64,000 nucleotides of DNA. Source: Cladosporium halotolerans. Taxonomy: Eukaryota. The stretch covers positions 186,001-250,000 of the forward strand of contig NW_027191452.1 of the NCBI RefSeq assembly GCF_011745625.1. The letters run 5' to 3'. The notes below the pieces were generated by a model. It did no database searches. It had not been told where the DNA came from and saw only the letters and a list, made by a program, of their open reading frames with translations. Below are positions 1 to 11,031 of this stretch, in pieces. Within the stretch, counting starts at the first letter, position 1; the number at the start of each line of letters is the position of its first letter. Made by a program: the position numbers and the translations under genes.

Positions 1-803
1 TCGTGAGGTCCGTCGTATTAACGAGCCAGTACAGCCGGTGTACTCGTCGAGGCTCAGTTTTGATTTCTGAAAGAAGCGTGCCGGTCGTCGATGTCGTTGT
101 CCAGTCCGAAGATGTTACGGTCGGAATACATCGCCGCGTGCGCCCTCATCACCGTGCCCCCCGGGCCGAGTCTCGTCGCCGGTCTTGGCTAGCAAGAGCG
201 GAGGAGACGTAGGCGAGGGGCAGATTTCCAGGCGCACGAAGGCAAAGAGAAGAGAAGGCAGCGGTGCCAGCCGCGCCGAGTGAAGCATTGCGAGATAAAA
301 GACATTGGCGCTCTCCGTCCCGTACTCCCCGAAATATGCAGGCTGACCGGAACGTAAAACCAGAAGAGCGGTGGACCGCGAGGTCCTGTTGTGTGTGTTG
401 TCTTTTGAAGGGTGGTTGTCGCGATGCATGCCTCCCAGAGAAATGCGTTCACTCATAAAATCCAAAGCAGAGAAGTCCAGTAAGAATGCAGTCGCTTGCG
501 AGAAGACAAAGAAAAGTAAGAAGAACGCCGTCCATAGATGCCGGAAAAGTCGTTGTGATGCTGAAGCCATGTTCCAAGAAAGGTAGTGGCCAACATCGGG
601 TATCATCGTTGCATCGCTCGAGGGAAAATTTTACATCGCGTGTCGGTGGAGCACGGATCTTGTGCGCAATTCAAGAGTCCGCGTCGTCGAGATAGGTAGA
701 TTGAGTTGTCGTGGTGGGCCAGACCCCGACAGGCCTGAGTGAGGTCGATCAACGACCGATTGGGCGGAAGAAGGGCGCAGAACAGTGGTTCGGCTGCTGA
801 CGT

Positions 804-1862
804 TTAGATCATAGCAGCGTACTGCGGCTGAAAGGGTCCCTGGTTCCATCCAAAGTCGTTGAAACCACCCATGCCGAGGTCGTTGCCGCAATGCTGAGGA
901 AGCATGCTTGGCAAAGGCACTGCAGGTATGGGCGCCATGCACTCAGGGGAGCTGTAGTAGTGCGTGGGAGCGGAGGTGTACGGTTGGCTGAGGGAAGGAG
1001 TGGGCGAGGGGAGCTGCACGTTGCTCAGGCCGGATTCTGGCCAGAAGCCGTTAGATGGTGTGTCGCTGCAGCTCGTCGCTGTAGGGGAGGGAGTCGACGG
1101 AAGCACCTGCCATGAGTCGATCGGCGCAGGGGGCTGGGACACCAACGTCGGAGTCGGCTGCCACCACCCGCCCATTACGGCGTTCTGAGTTTGGATGAAA
1201 GGCGCGGGGTGGATCACGTCGACAATTCTCGGGGGAGGCGGGAGGAGAGGAAGAAAGAGATTCATGATCTGGTTCTTCACATCCTCCGAGCGACCCTCGA
1301 GAAGCTCGCCAGCACCTTCCTCTTCAAGACCCTCAAGCGCACGAGCGCCAGTGCGGAACACGAAGCGGTTCGCGGCTTGCACAAACTCCTCTTGCAGTTT
1401 CTTCAGCTGCGCATCCTTCTCGGGCCAGCTCCAGGTGTTTGCAGCAACATCTACAGAGTAGATGTCCTTGTGGTACTCAATCAGCAAGTCGATCGTATCC
1501 GAAGTCAGCTTGAAAGCGACTTCGTGTTGAGATACCATATCGACGTGCACGACGTAGGCCTCGACGTGGATGACTTGGTAGTTGTGCAGAGCCTCCATCA
1601 AAGGGTTGTCATCCTTGCGTAGTTTCGTGTCGGCGGCTATGGGGAGCATCAGCGACGTCAAAGACCAGATCGCACCCTCGCCAGCAAGGGTCTCGGTGAG
1701 ACAGCGCATGTGTTGGGGCACGCTGTTCAAAGGGCGCTTGATCTTGTTGATGCGCTTGAGCGTCTGGGTCAACCAGGGCTCAACCTTTGTGTTGAGGACG
1801 ATGGTCGGTGCTGATCGGGGCGCAAAGGCCTGCGCCGACGCCGGCAACAGCTGCATAGGCAT
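804..1862 (-). CDS. Conserved fungal hypothetical protein (352 aa), Pro/Ser-rich C-terminus
   Basis: Uninterrupted ATG-initiated ORF. The N-terminal ~210 aa look globular (VEPWLTQTLKRINK..., YVVHVDMV...EVAFKLT) and resemble a widespread uncharacterised Pezizomycotina family as I recall it. Confidence 0.8.
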   Translation of the reverse strand: MPMQLLPASAQAFAPRSAPTIVLNTKVEPWLTQTLKRINKIKRPLNSVPQHMRCLTETLAGEGAIWSLTSLMLPIAADTKLRKDDNPLMEALHNYQVIHVEAYVVHVDMVSQHEVAFKLTSDTIDLLIEYHKDIYSVDVAANTWSWPEKDAQLKKLQEEFVQAANRFVFRTGARALEGLEEEGAGELLEGRSEDVKNQIMNLFLPLLPPPPRIVDVIHPAPFIQTQNAVMGGWWQPTPTLVSQPPAPIDSWQVLPSTPSPTATSCSDTPSNGFWPESGLSNVQLPSPTPSLSQPYTSAPTHYYSSPECMAPIPAVPLPSMLPQHCGNDLGMGGFNDFGWNQGPFQPQYAAMI

Positions 1863-4420
1863 GGCGAGCGTTGTTCCGCGTGTCGGTGGTCGGATTGATT
1901 GTTTTGCACGTGCGATGTGGTGCGATGCGATGGGATGCGATGATATATGGACGGCGTTCCTAGGGTAAAACGAAGCACAAAATTAAAGGGAACGAGGAGA
2001 GAATTCTCTCAAATCAGGTTGGAAACGATGGAAGATTAGTCTGATACGCCTTTGAGGGGGAAGAGAGGATAGAAGGAAGAGTAGGTGGTCGGCGAATGAG
2101 GGGGCGTAACAGCTTGGTGGGAGTCGAGAAGAGGATGGGTTTGCGGGGGGGAACGCTTATAACGCTGGCCGGGCTGGCCCTACAGAAGCGCTAGTGCTGG
2201 CTCAGCACAGCCTCTTGATTCTGCGACTTGCAGTACGGCTGCATATGGGCCGACAGACGTGCATGTCTAGCTCGATTTCGAGGGTCCAGCTTCGCATGGC
2301 GTTCGCCTTCTCCGTCCGCCTCACCCGTGCGTGCTCTTCGCACCAAAATAGTCGGGTGCTGTCAAGGGACGGTAGCACCGCGGCGGCAGATGACTGCGAC
2401 TCGAGCGACTCCATCCTCTCGCCCGAAAGGGTCCGAGAGAAAAGTCGTGTGCGAAGTACTGTACGTAGTTGTTCGCGATTGCCTCGGCAGGCGGAGGCTG
2501 GTCTGATGAGTGAGTCCGACGGGCTCTGCTCCGACCACGGCGACGAGCAGCCAGCCAGCCGTCCCACATGAAGGAGGGTGAGGCGTCCATCGCGCGCAGG
2601 CTAGCAGCAGGAAACTTGCGCGATGTAGCCAAAGGCAGGACGTATACATGTAGACGTCGCAGGCGCGCATGTTGCATTGAGCCGCCGGGCGCACTTCTCA
2701 AGGCGCGCGTTTCAGGGCCGTCTGCAGGCCGCAATCGTGGCCAGTGTCTGCCTGCGGGATCTACGTTCTCGAATACATATGGCCCGGGGCCTTGCATATC
2801 GCCGGCGCATATACTGCTTCCTCACGGCGAGCGGGTCAGCGTCTTCGCGGAGGATTCGGCCATGTGTGCGAAAGGGTTCGGGGTCCATGTGTGCGAGAGG
2901 GTTCGGGAAGGCTGCTCGGGACGCTCCTCGACGGGCGGATGGCTCGCAGTTCCCTCGCGAAGACGCGCAAGAGTACGATGAGTGGATGTGCGCGGCCGTG
3001 GCGTTGGAATACAGGTGCGCCAGGCAGGGATGCGGCCGTTTCGCGCGGCCAATCACAACCCGTACCAGGGATGGCTGCTCTGGAACACGCGGGTGACCAG
3101 CTGAGCCGGGCCCTGAGGGAGAAAACAGGGTCGTACGCGCGCCTGCGGGACACCTGCTCCAGTCAGGCAGACGGGAGATGTCCAAGACGCAGCGACTGAA
3201 GGGGCAGTTGGACGGCTTCGGAGCGAACAGGGCGAAAATAGAAACATGCGCGCAGCATCGAGGGACGGTGAGGTGCAAAAATCGGGCATCGAGGCTGTGC
3301 TGCGGCGCAGGGCTGTGGCGCGCCCTGGGTGCAGAGATGCACGATCGGCGTCGGCCACTCCGGGTTCCACCTACTAGTGACCTAGGGAGGCCGGCACTGC
3401 TCGCACCGCCAGCCTCATCACTGGCTGCCGCTCAGCATCCCGGTATGAACATCACTCAGGCATGATGCCACGCATGGCCGGCGTGGGGGCTCTCGGACGT
3501 GCCTGGAGGCATAGGGGCAACATTCATGCCAGGTCGTGTCGATGCGATCGCGCGCGGCCATGCTACGTTGCGGTGGGAGGTTGCGCAGCGTCCACGGCTG
3601 CATCTGGCAGGCCGCGCGCTGTTTGTCCATCCACACCCTGCAGCTGCACTCGACCTCGCTCGCGGACGAGCTTGCGTTGATGTTCGGGAGAACAAGACGT
3701 GCGACGGGGCGCCGCACGCGTCACGGTGATCAGAACGCACGCTTGCGGCTGCCAGGAGTGGCGAGCGGGCGCTTGACGTGCAGCGACACTCGAGCTGAAG
3801 TCCGTCCACTGCCTAGGTAGGTATCCGAAAGTATGTGGCATGAGCCGCATGAATGCATCTCGGCACGGAAATCAGGTTTGTATTCTTACAGGAGCTGTCG
3901 ACACCCTGACTCGTGTCGAGATTATGTTAGAGACGCCTCTTCTTTGCCTAAGTAAACATCTTGTAGATCGTTATCGGGGAGCTACTATGCTACCATGCCA
4001 CCATCACCTCTACATAGACCATCGAAAAACGCATTCTCCATCGCTAAAGCGAACCAGCCAGCGCGCCACGAACTTCCCCCTCAAGTCCCAAACACAGACG
4101 GCGCCAAGGCCATCAGAAGCCGCCGCCCGCCCACACCCTCCCTCACCTCACGTGTTCCTCACAAGCAGCCAGCCTTCACCTCACGTCACGCGTCCGGCGT
4201 CACACGCGCATCTCCAGCCAGCCTACAGTCCCTAGTATTCCCTCCGCGCGCGCAGTGGTGTGATCGCCTCGCCTCGCCTCGCCTGACAGCCGCCTCAAAC
4301 TCCCCCAGCAGCCGCAGGGGCGGAAATACGGGCTGACAGCGCGCGCGGTGTTTCAACCCTGCATGTGCACGTTCGATCGCCCTGTGACTCCTCCTCCTCC
4401 TCCCTCGCCCATCCCGCGCG

Positions 4421-4957
4421 ATGGACACACTGCCGCACCTCACCGACGAACCGCAGCACTTCGCAGCCTGCTGCCGGGCGCTTTCAAAACCGCTCCTGCA
4501 GACGCTGCTCGCCGCGCTGCCCCGCTCTCCCGCCCTCGTGCTCTCCGTCGGCAGCGGCAGCGGGCTTCTGGAAGCCTTGCTGTTGCACGCGAGTCCGGGC
4601 GGTTTGGAGCTGTACGGGGTGGAAGTGGCGTCGTGCCAGTGTCCGTTTTTACCGGACGAGCGCGTGCTGAGGGTGCCGGGCACGCGAGCGCTGGTCGCTG
4701 ATGCTGTGCTCGCTTCGGTTCTGATGTTCGTATATCCGCGAGTGCCGGCGCTGGTTGCGGAGTACGTCGATGTCTGTGCTGGTGGTGCGCTGGAGAAGCT
4801 TGTGTGGCTGGGCCATCGGAGTGACTGGGCTGATTGCGAGAGGTTGGTTGTCGACGCGTTCACTGATGTTCGGATTGTTGAGAGCGTTGGCCTTCCGGAT
4901 CACGAGATTATGGTTGTTGCTACAGGTCCGAAGGCAAGGCCTTTGGCGACTCCGTGA
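4421..4957 (+). CDS. Putative small class I SAM-dependent methyltransferase-like protein
   Basis: 178-aa ATG ORF with motif-I-like VLSVGSGSGLLE followed by LYGVEV (acidic residue at the end of beta2). Confidence 0.65.
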   Translation: MDTLPHLTDEPQHFAACCRALSKPLLQTLLAALPRSPALVLSVGSGSGLLEALLLHASPGGLELYGVEVASCQCPFLPDERVLRVPGTRALVADAVLASVLMFVYPRVPALVAEYVDVCAGGALEKLVWLGHRSDWADCERLVVDAFTDVRIVESVGLPDHEIMVVATGPKARPLATP

Positions 4958-5113
4958 TGTTCTCGTTGTACATGGTTAATGAGACGCGTCGTATTCACTC
5001 CAGTGTCGCGTTTCTCTATGGACACGATACTTCGAGCTCACAGTTGGAATACGATAGCTGTCAATACTCATGCTTACGAACGAGCTTGACGACAGAATCG
5101 CTAAGTTCTATCG

Positions 5114-6325
5114 ATGAGAAACCCCATCGAGCAAAGACAATGTTCGTCGCCCGAAATACTCGATCTATGGGAGCACGCGTGCCTGCTCTTCCACAGTTTC
5201 GAATGGCAGAGCGCAGCCGACACTTTCCGACTGACAGCAAGCCTAACCTCCGACCAACACGAGCAGGCCATCTTTCTCCTTAGCCAAGGCCTGATTGAGG
5301 CTCGACTCGGCGACTTCGACCTTGCTCTGGAGACTTGGAAGAGCGCACTTGGCCTGGACGCGTCAGATTCAATCACGAATTTTCTGATTGGCCTCTTATA
5401 TGCCGAAATTGGAGAACTCGCCACCAGCCACGCGCACTTTGAGGCAAGCACGGCAAACATACAGGACGGCGATGCGGACTGCCGCAGACTCGGACTGGAT
5501 TTCGACCTCACTGCGACTGACGTCCGCCGGAACGTCGACATTTTAGACTCCGCGCTGCAAAACAAGGACACTGGGCGCGACGCGGATCACTCAGCATCCC
5601 TCCCCTTGAACCGAATCCCCGCGAACATCATGTTCGAGCCCCCTCCTCGGAACGCGACGACGCCGCAGAGATCAAGCAACGAGCCTCGGCGTTCTCCTCT
5701 GAACGCAAAAAACCCAGGCCTGAGTCTCTTGACGCCGCGAGACGCGCAAGTACACTACGAATCGACGCGGGATCTGGCTCGCTTCCTTCGTCACGCAGGA
5801 CCGAACGGGGAAGAAAATGTCTCTGTCGACCGACATTACATGCTGAGTCTCCTGCGTGGGGGCTCCATGGGGCTGTCGGCTCTAGACCTCAATGACCAGA
5901 TACTCCATTCGTCGATGGCATCAGGGGAATCGACTTTGGGTCGACCGAACGATCTCGAAAACATACTATATTCGTACGGCGTATCGAACGAGGAGAGACA
6001 CTCCGATCCGACGATGGCCACTCCCGAGAAGCAACAGCCGAATCCCAACCCGAATAGCACACCACAATGTAATCCCAACGAATCCTTAAGCTCACGCCGA
6101 ATCGCCAAGCACGTCGTTCACCGCTGGCTTCGCAAAGCCGCTCGCTCGCCGCGGCGCCAAAGCCCGACGAATCGGCAGGAAGAAACGACGGTGTCTGTCG
6201 ACAAATCGAGTAGCAGCGTTGCTTCGAGCACACGGAAAGCAGCTTCGCATAGCTTGCCTAGTGTCGTCTCGTCGTTGGAGGTCTTTAAGCTTGGGGCGAG
6301 GCGTAGGAAGGCGTCTCCGGGCTAG
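5114..6325 (+). CDS. TPR protein resembling the N-terminus of NADPH-oxidase regulator NoxR/p67phox, with a disordered tail
   Basis: 403-aa ORF with TPR-like helices (LLSQGLIEARLGDFDLALETWKSALGLD; FLIGLLYAEIGELATS). LGLDFDL...N and IPANIMFEPP parallel the NoxR LGLxFKL...N and IPxGxxYRP motifs. Confidence 0.6.
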   Translation: MRNPIEQRQCSSPEILDLWEHACLLFHSFEWQSAADTFRLTASLTSDQHEQAIFLLSQGLIEARLGDFDLALETWKSALGLDASDSITNFLIGLLYAEIGELATSHAHFEASTANIQDGDADCRRLGLDFDLTATDVRRNVDILDSALQNKDTGRDADHSASLPLNRIPANIMFEPPPRNATTPQRSSNEPRRSPLNAKNPGLSLLTPRDAQVHYESTRDLARFLRHAGPNGEENVSVDRHYMLSLLRGGSMGLSALDLNDQILHSSMASGESTLGRPNDLENILYSYGVSNEERHSDPTMATPEKQQPNPNPNSTPQCNPNESLSSRRIAKHVVHRWLRKAARSPRRQSPTNRQEETTVSVDKSSSSVASSTRKAASHSLPSVVSSLEVFKLGARRRKASPG

Positions 6326-6805
6326 GTGATGTGGTTCGATTTTAATGCAGATTGACTGGTATTTTTGCTAGCCATAATGCAGCTCGCAACACACAATTCT
6401 TTTCTCATAATCGAATGATCAATTCATCGTCCTTTGACGATTGATAGCTATGTGATGTTCGCGTCGAGTGCCGCCATCAGTCATCCGAGAATTTGAAGTC
6501 TGTACGGTATCACGATGATGATACCATGTGGTATCACACTCCTCTATCGACCATCGTGCCTAGAAATTCACGCGGAGAGTCTAGCAAATAACCATACGAG
6601 AACACGTCGTACTTATTAAAAGTCAACAAGCTTTCCAACACGCGATGGCCCGATCCTAAGCCCAGACCCTGAATTGTAACGTCATGGACGTCCAATGCAT
6701 ATACGCATGCGAATCTCCACCACGTACCAACACAATCATACAAACAACACACACCAAAACAAACCGATACAAGCAAAGGGAACCGCACGCAGCCCCCACC
6801 ACCCC

Positions 6806-7726
6806 ATGCCCCCTCTCACCAACCCCCTCCTCCGCCGACCCCTCCCCCTCCTCAGCATCTCAACCACAACCCTCCTCCTCGCCACAACCCTCGCGCCCCG
6901 AACCCAAGGAAAGCCCAAAATGTCCACCTCCCCCACCCCCCGCACCACCCCTCTCCCACCCCGCCACGCCACCTGGCCCTACACGCCCGCCGACTTCGCG
7001 CGCGCCGACCCCACCCCAGACGCCTCGTTCTACAGCTCCCCGCGCTTCGTCACACACATCGACGACGCGGCCATCGCGTCGCTGAAAGCCTACTACGCGT
7101 CCGCCCTGCCGAGGCAATGCCGCGTGCTGGACTTCTGCTCCTCGTGGGTGAGCCATTATCCGCGCGAAATCGAAGCGGCGGTCGCGAGGGGCGAGCTGAG
7201 AGTCGTGGGGATGGGGATGAACGAGGCGGAGCTGCAGGCGAACGGCGTGCTGGGGCGCGGGGGCAGGGTGCTGGCTGATCTCAACGAGTCGGCGGACGTG
7301 GGTGGGGCGTTGAGGGGCGCGGGGGTTCTGGCGGAGGGGGAGGAGGGGGAGGGAGAGGGGGGGTTCTTCGACGCGGCGACCTGCGTGGTGTCGGTTGATT
7401 ATCTGACGGATCCCGTCGGGGTCTTGCGGAGTCTGAGGGGGGTGATGAGGGAGGGCGCGAGGGTGCATTTGGCGGTGAGCAATCGGTGTTTTCCGACGAA
7501 GGCGGTCGCGCGGTGGCTGAGGGTTGACGAGGGGGAGAGGGTGAGGATGGTTGGGGATTACTTGCATTTTGCGGGGTGGAGGGATGTGGAGGTTGTGGAG
7601 CTGAGCGATGGGAGGGTGGAGCAGGAGGGTGGCGCGGAGGGAGGGCAGAATAGTCTGCAGGGGCTGATGGGGTGGATGGGGATGAGGGGGAGGGATCCGC
7701 TTTGGGTTGTTAGGGCGGTGAAGTGA
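6806..7726 (+). CDS. SAM-dependent methyltransferase (type 11-like)
   Basis: Motifs FYSSPRFVTHIDDAAI, VLDFCSSWVSHYP, CVVSVDYLTDP and SNRCFPTKAV. The start is uncertain (ATG 6806 or 6920). Confidence 0.85.
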   Translation: MPPLTNPLLRRPLPLLSISTTTLLLATTLAPRTQGKPKMSTSPTPRTTPLPPRHATWPYTPADFARADPTPDASFYSSPRFVTHIDDAAIASLKAYYASALPRQCRVLDFCSSWVSHYPREIEAAVARGELRVVGMGMNEAELQANGVLGRGGRVLADLNESADVGGALRGAGVLAEGEEGEGEGGFFDAATCVVSVDYLTDPVGVLRSLRGVMREGARVHLAVSNRCFPTKAVARWLRVDEGERVRMVGDYLHFAGWRDVEVVELSDGRVEQEGGAEGGQNSLQGLMGWMGMRGRDPLWVVRAVK

Positions 7727-8179
7727 GGTTGGTGTTGATGTGAGAAGTGAGGGAAGGTGGTGGGATTGAAAAAACTCGAAGTATTGGTCTAAAAGGGGTC
7801 TCGTCATATAATATTCGTAACTTCCAATAAAGAAGTACCTAGGTCGGGACGAAGCTGGTCTATTCTCATGCCTGGCCTGTGCCTGATCTGTCATCAATCT
7901 CTCAGGTGGCCGGCCTTCGTCAGTTGGATTCCAAAGTTGATCCCTTTCCCACGCAGTTGGCAACGCCTTATGTCCCAAGTGAGTATCTACAACATCCAAG
8001 AATGAAACGCCGTGTCCATGCTGACTCCCGGAGCAATAGCAAGGAAGTTGTAAGGGAAACCAAAAAACGCCAGTTCCATGTTGTAATTCGTGACCGTGCT
8101 GATTCAGCTTATGGTCGTTGTTGAAAATCAAATATTGCGTCGACTAACGGTTGGGCTGTACGCTTACAGCGGTCAACTC

Positions 8180-10060
8180 CTAGTAGGCCGCTTGAGTCGT
8201 GTAGCTGTTCGTGCGGCCGTAACCAGGTCTCATCTCGCTGCCCCGTCGAGACGAGTATCCCGTCTGGACTTTCACATCCTCCGGACGGAATTGCTGGTAG
8301 CGGACCTCCTCGCCGGGCGGCGAGTATTTCGACCGAGTTTGCCGAGGCGACGAGCGGGAAGATGTCGTCGGGATTTCGCCGTACAAGTGATCCCGGCGAT
8401 GACTCTCGTTGCGGGAGGGCGACGGACGCGCCGGCATGTCTTGCAGACCTTGCGGTGTGTAGACGTAGCTGGTGGTACGGGCTGACGAGAGAGGCGGGCG
8501 TGACGGGGTGGCCGGGTAGCGCGAAGACGCCGTGCGACCGCGTTCTTCCTTGGTGTTCATCGGCGAAGGTGATCGTGTGACTTTGCCTCTTGCGCCGCTT
8601 GCCGGCTCGTGTACCTCGGTGCGGTAGCCGTTCGGCGTGGGATATTCATTGTCATCCGCATACGCCTTTTCATAAGGGCTCTTTGCGCTTTGTGGGTTGA
8701 TGGGTTCCGGCGTGGCACCGGGAGTCGGCAGGGCGTCGGTAGTCTCAGTTCGTCGCAGGCCTGAAGCCTTCTGGGTCTTCCTGGAAGATTCTCGTTCCCG
8801 CCGTGGGCTCGGCTGGGGCATGCTGTCAGCCCGGCGGAATGGCGGTGCGGAGAAATCATCCTTCTCTTCAGCTTCGACTTGCATGGAGTATGCACGCCTG
8901 GGTGTCTCGCCGGGCAGGTGGATCTGGCCGGGTGCAGACTTGGTGTGAGGAAGTGGTGGTGTTTTCCGAACGGGCTCTCCGTAGTCATGACTTGACCGTC
9001 GTGTTCTTTCACGTTCGCGGCGCGGTGATTCGCGGCGTGAGGTCTCCTCTGACTCGCGTTCTGCTGGTCGTGGTTTCCCAGATCCTCGCCTGACCATGAC
9101 AGCCGGGCGACCGTCACCCCTCTTAATGTACTCGACCTTGTCTTTCGAAGACACACGAGGCGGTGAAGGCCGACGTACAGGTTCGGGGTACTGCCTCGAG
9201 GCTCCTCGCGAGCGCTGAATGTATTCCCTCGCGTTGCTCTCGTCTGACTGCATCTTGCGGGCCCGCTCCTCTACGTTGTAGGGGCGGACATCTTCCTTCT
9301 GTCTCCTGACCTGCTCATAGTACGCTTCCCGTTCTCGCCGCCTGTCTTCCTCTTCCCGTCGGGTGTAGGACTGTCTAGGTGTCTCGACAGGGGCATCAGA
9401 CTCACTGCTAGACGCAGTCTCCGGGCCGACGTAGGCGTACTTGTAGTCGCGATCCTTGCGAGTGTCTCTACTACTTTGCTTGGTCTTCTCCTTTTGCCTA
9501 GCACGCTCGTACTCCTTCGCGCTCTGGCGTGAAGCTCTGGCACGTTCCTTCTCGGACTTTGGTGTGGGTCGTTTTGATGACGGACGTTCGTACTCGTAGT
9601 CTTTCCTCGCAGCAGTTCTAGGCCTGTCGAAGTATTCGGTTTCGGCATCATAAGGGCGGCGTTCCTCAACGTGGACCCGTTCGCTTCGGTCAGCTCCACG
9701 GGCAGTGTAGTTAGGGGCGCGGACCGGCGATTCGTGGCGCGTCCTGGTGTAGCCGGACGCTCTGACCTCCGACTGAGCACCGGCACCACCGCTTTGCTTC
9801 TCCATCACTTCCTTCTTCAACTCGGCCAGCTTGACCTGAGCATCGTAGCGGGCGCGGCGGTCGTCATCGCCAATGATCTCGTAGGCAGTTTGGATTTTGT
9901 GGAACTGGTCCGATGCGATCTGCTTCTGGGCGGCATCCTGAACCTTGTCGGGGTGGAACTTGAGAATGAGCTTGCGGTAGGTGGTCTTGATGGTAGCGGC
10001 GGCGGCATCCCGAGGAAGACCCAGGGCCAGGTAGGGGTCAGGTGGGAGGGGCGATCCCAT
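8180..10060 (-). CDS. J-domain (DnaJ) protein with a long Arg/Ser/Glu-rich disordered C-terminus
   Basis: DPYLALGL...IKTTYRKLILKFHPDK...FHKIQTAYEIIGDDDRRARYD with the HPD motif. First ATG at 10060 (MGSPLPPDPY). Confidence 0.9.
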   Translation of the reverse strand: MGSPLPPDPYLALGLPRDAAAATIKTTYRKLILKFHPDKVQDAAQKQIASDQFHKIQTAYEIIGDDDRRARYDAQVKLAELKKEVMEKQSGGAGAQSEVRASGYTRTRHESPVRAPNYTARGADRSERVHVEERRPYDAETEYFDRPRTAARKDYEYERPSSKRPTPKSEKERARASRQSAKEYERARQKEKTKQSSRDTRKDRDYKYAYVGPETASSSESDAPVETPRQSYTRREEEDRRREREAYYEQVRRQKEDVRPYNVEERARKMQSDESNAREYIQRSRGASRQYPEPVRRPSPPRVSSKDKVEYIKRGDGRPAVMVRRGSGKPRPAERESEETSRRESPRRERERTRRSSHDYGEPVRKTPPLPHTKSAPGQIHLPGETPRRAYSMQVEAEEKDDFSAPPFRRADSMPQPSPRRERESSRKTQKASGLRRTETTDALPTPGATPEPINPQSAKSPYEKAYADDNEYPTPNGYRTEVHEPASGARGKVTRSPSPMNTKEERGRTASSRYPATPSRPPLSSARTTSYVYTPQGLQDMPARPSPSRNESHRRDHLYGEIPTTSSRSSPRQTRSKYSPPGEEVRYQQFRPEDVKVQTGYSSRRGSEMRPGYGRTNSYTTQAAY

Positions 10061-11006
10061 AATGGAGCGTCCAGCGAGCAATACCGGACGGCGTGGACCG
10101 GTGAAGGGTGTGCTCGGGGGTGGTGTTGGGGGATGTCGGCATTAAAGGCCCAGAGTCGGCTCGTGCGTAGCGGTGTACGTCTCAGCGTCCAGCCTGGGGT
10201 CGGTGGAGTCGGCTGTTGTCACGTCTGCGCTGGCCTCGGCTCAGGGTCGCGTCGACACAGCCTGGCTGGGCGGGCGGCGCTGGTGCTTGCAAACAATAGC
10301 GGGCGAAGACGGCAGGCGTCTGTGTGCTGTATGCCGAGAGTAGGAATCGTGGTCGTCGTGGCGCTGCACGGCGCAGCGAGAGTTTGCAAAGGATTGTTGT
10401 GTAGGGACAAACGGAGGGTGTGAAGAGTCGCGAATCTCGCGCGGCCGCTGCCGAGCGTTCCCCAAGGTTGCGGGAAGTCTAGCCTCTCCCTTTTTCCCGC
10501 TTACGTCACCGGGTGCGCGGGCGCGGCAGTTCGGCGGCTGTGCTGAGACTGATTGATTGCTATTAGACACGCTTGATCAGCAGCAACGGCGGCGGCGACT
10601 GTGTGATTGTGCGGCGAGCGAGCGGCGGGTGGTGTGCGAGAGCAGGCACTGGGCGGGCGTGGCGAAGTGCGAGCAGGCTACGGGCGTTTTCTGCTGGGCG
10701 CGGCAGGGATTGGCAGGAGGGCAGCGGGTAGGGGCAGCGATCGTCTGGCCGGCTGCGAGCGCGAGTGGGTTGGGCGGTCAGGGCAGCGTGCCTGAGTGGC
10801 CCGGGGAAGCAACCTTGAAGGCAAGTCGCGGGCGGGCGTCCGTGCTGGGTGGGAAGGCGGTGCGAAGACGGGCCTTGGGGCGCTGGAGGCGGCCAGAGGG
10901 CGCGAGAAGGGTCGTGGGTAGGTTGGAAGGGTCGGAGGTTGAAGGACGAAGGGTGAAGGTCGGCAGTGGGGAGGCCTGGCGCGGCGAGGCGAGGCTGCTC
11001 GTGATC

Positions 11007-11031
11007 TAGGGTAGGGTAGGGTAGGGTAGGG
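11007..11031 (+). repeat. (TAGGG)5 microsatellite, G-quadruplex-capable
   Basis: Five perfect TAGGG units, giving five GGG tracts with 2-nt loops. Confidence 0.9.

Noticed and set aside
2194..4336. Many overlapping 60-190 aa ORFs in GC-rich intergenic DNA (also 10200-12400 and 39800-42750)
   Set aside because: Arg/Ala/Pro-rich random-looking translations without motifs or convincing splice structure; most likely promoter or UTR sequence.
6860..8131. 423-aa minus-strand ORF antisense to the methyltransferase, and similar long antisense ORFs at 34081-35142, 43707-44663 and 16494-17543
   Set aside because: Explained by high GC and skewed codon usage of the overlapping real genes.
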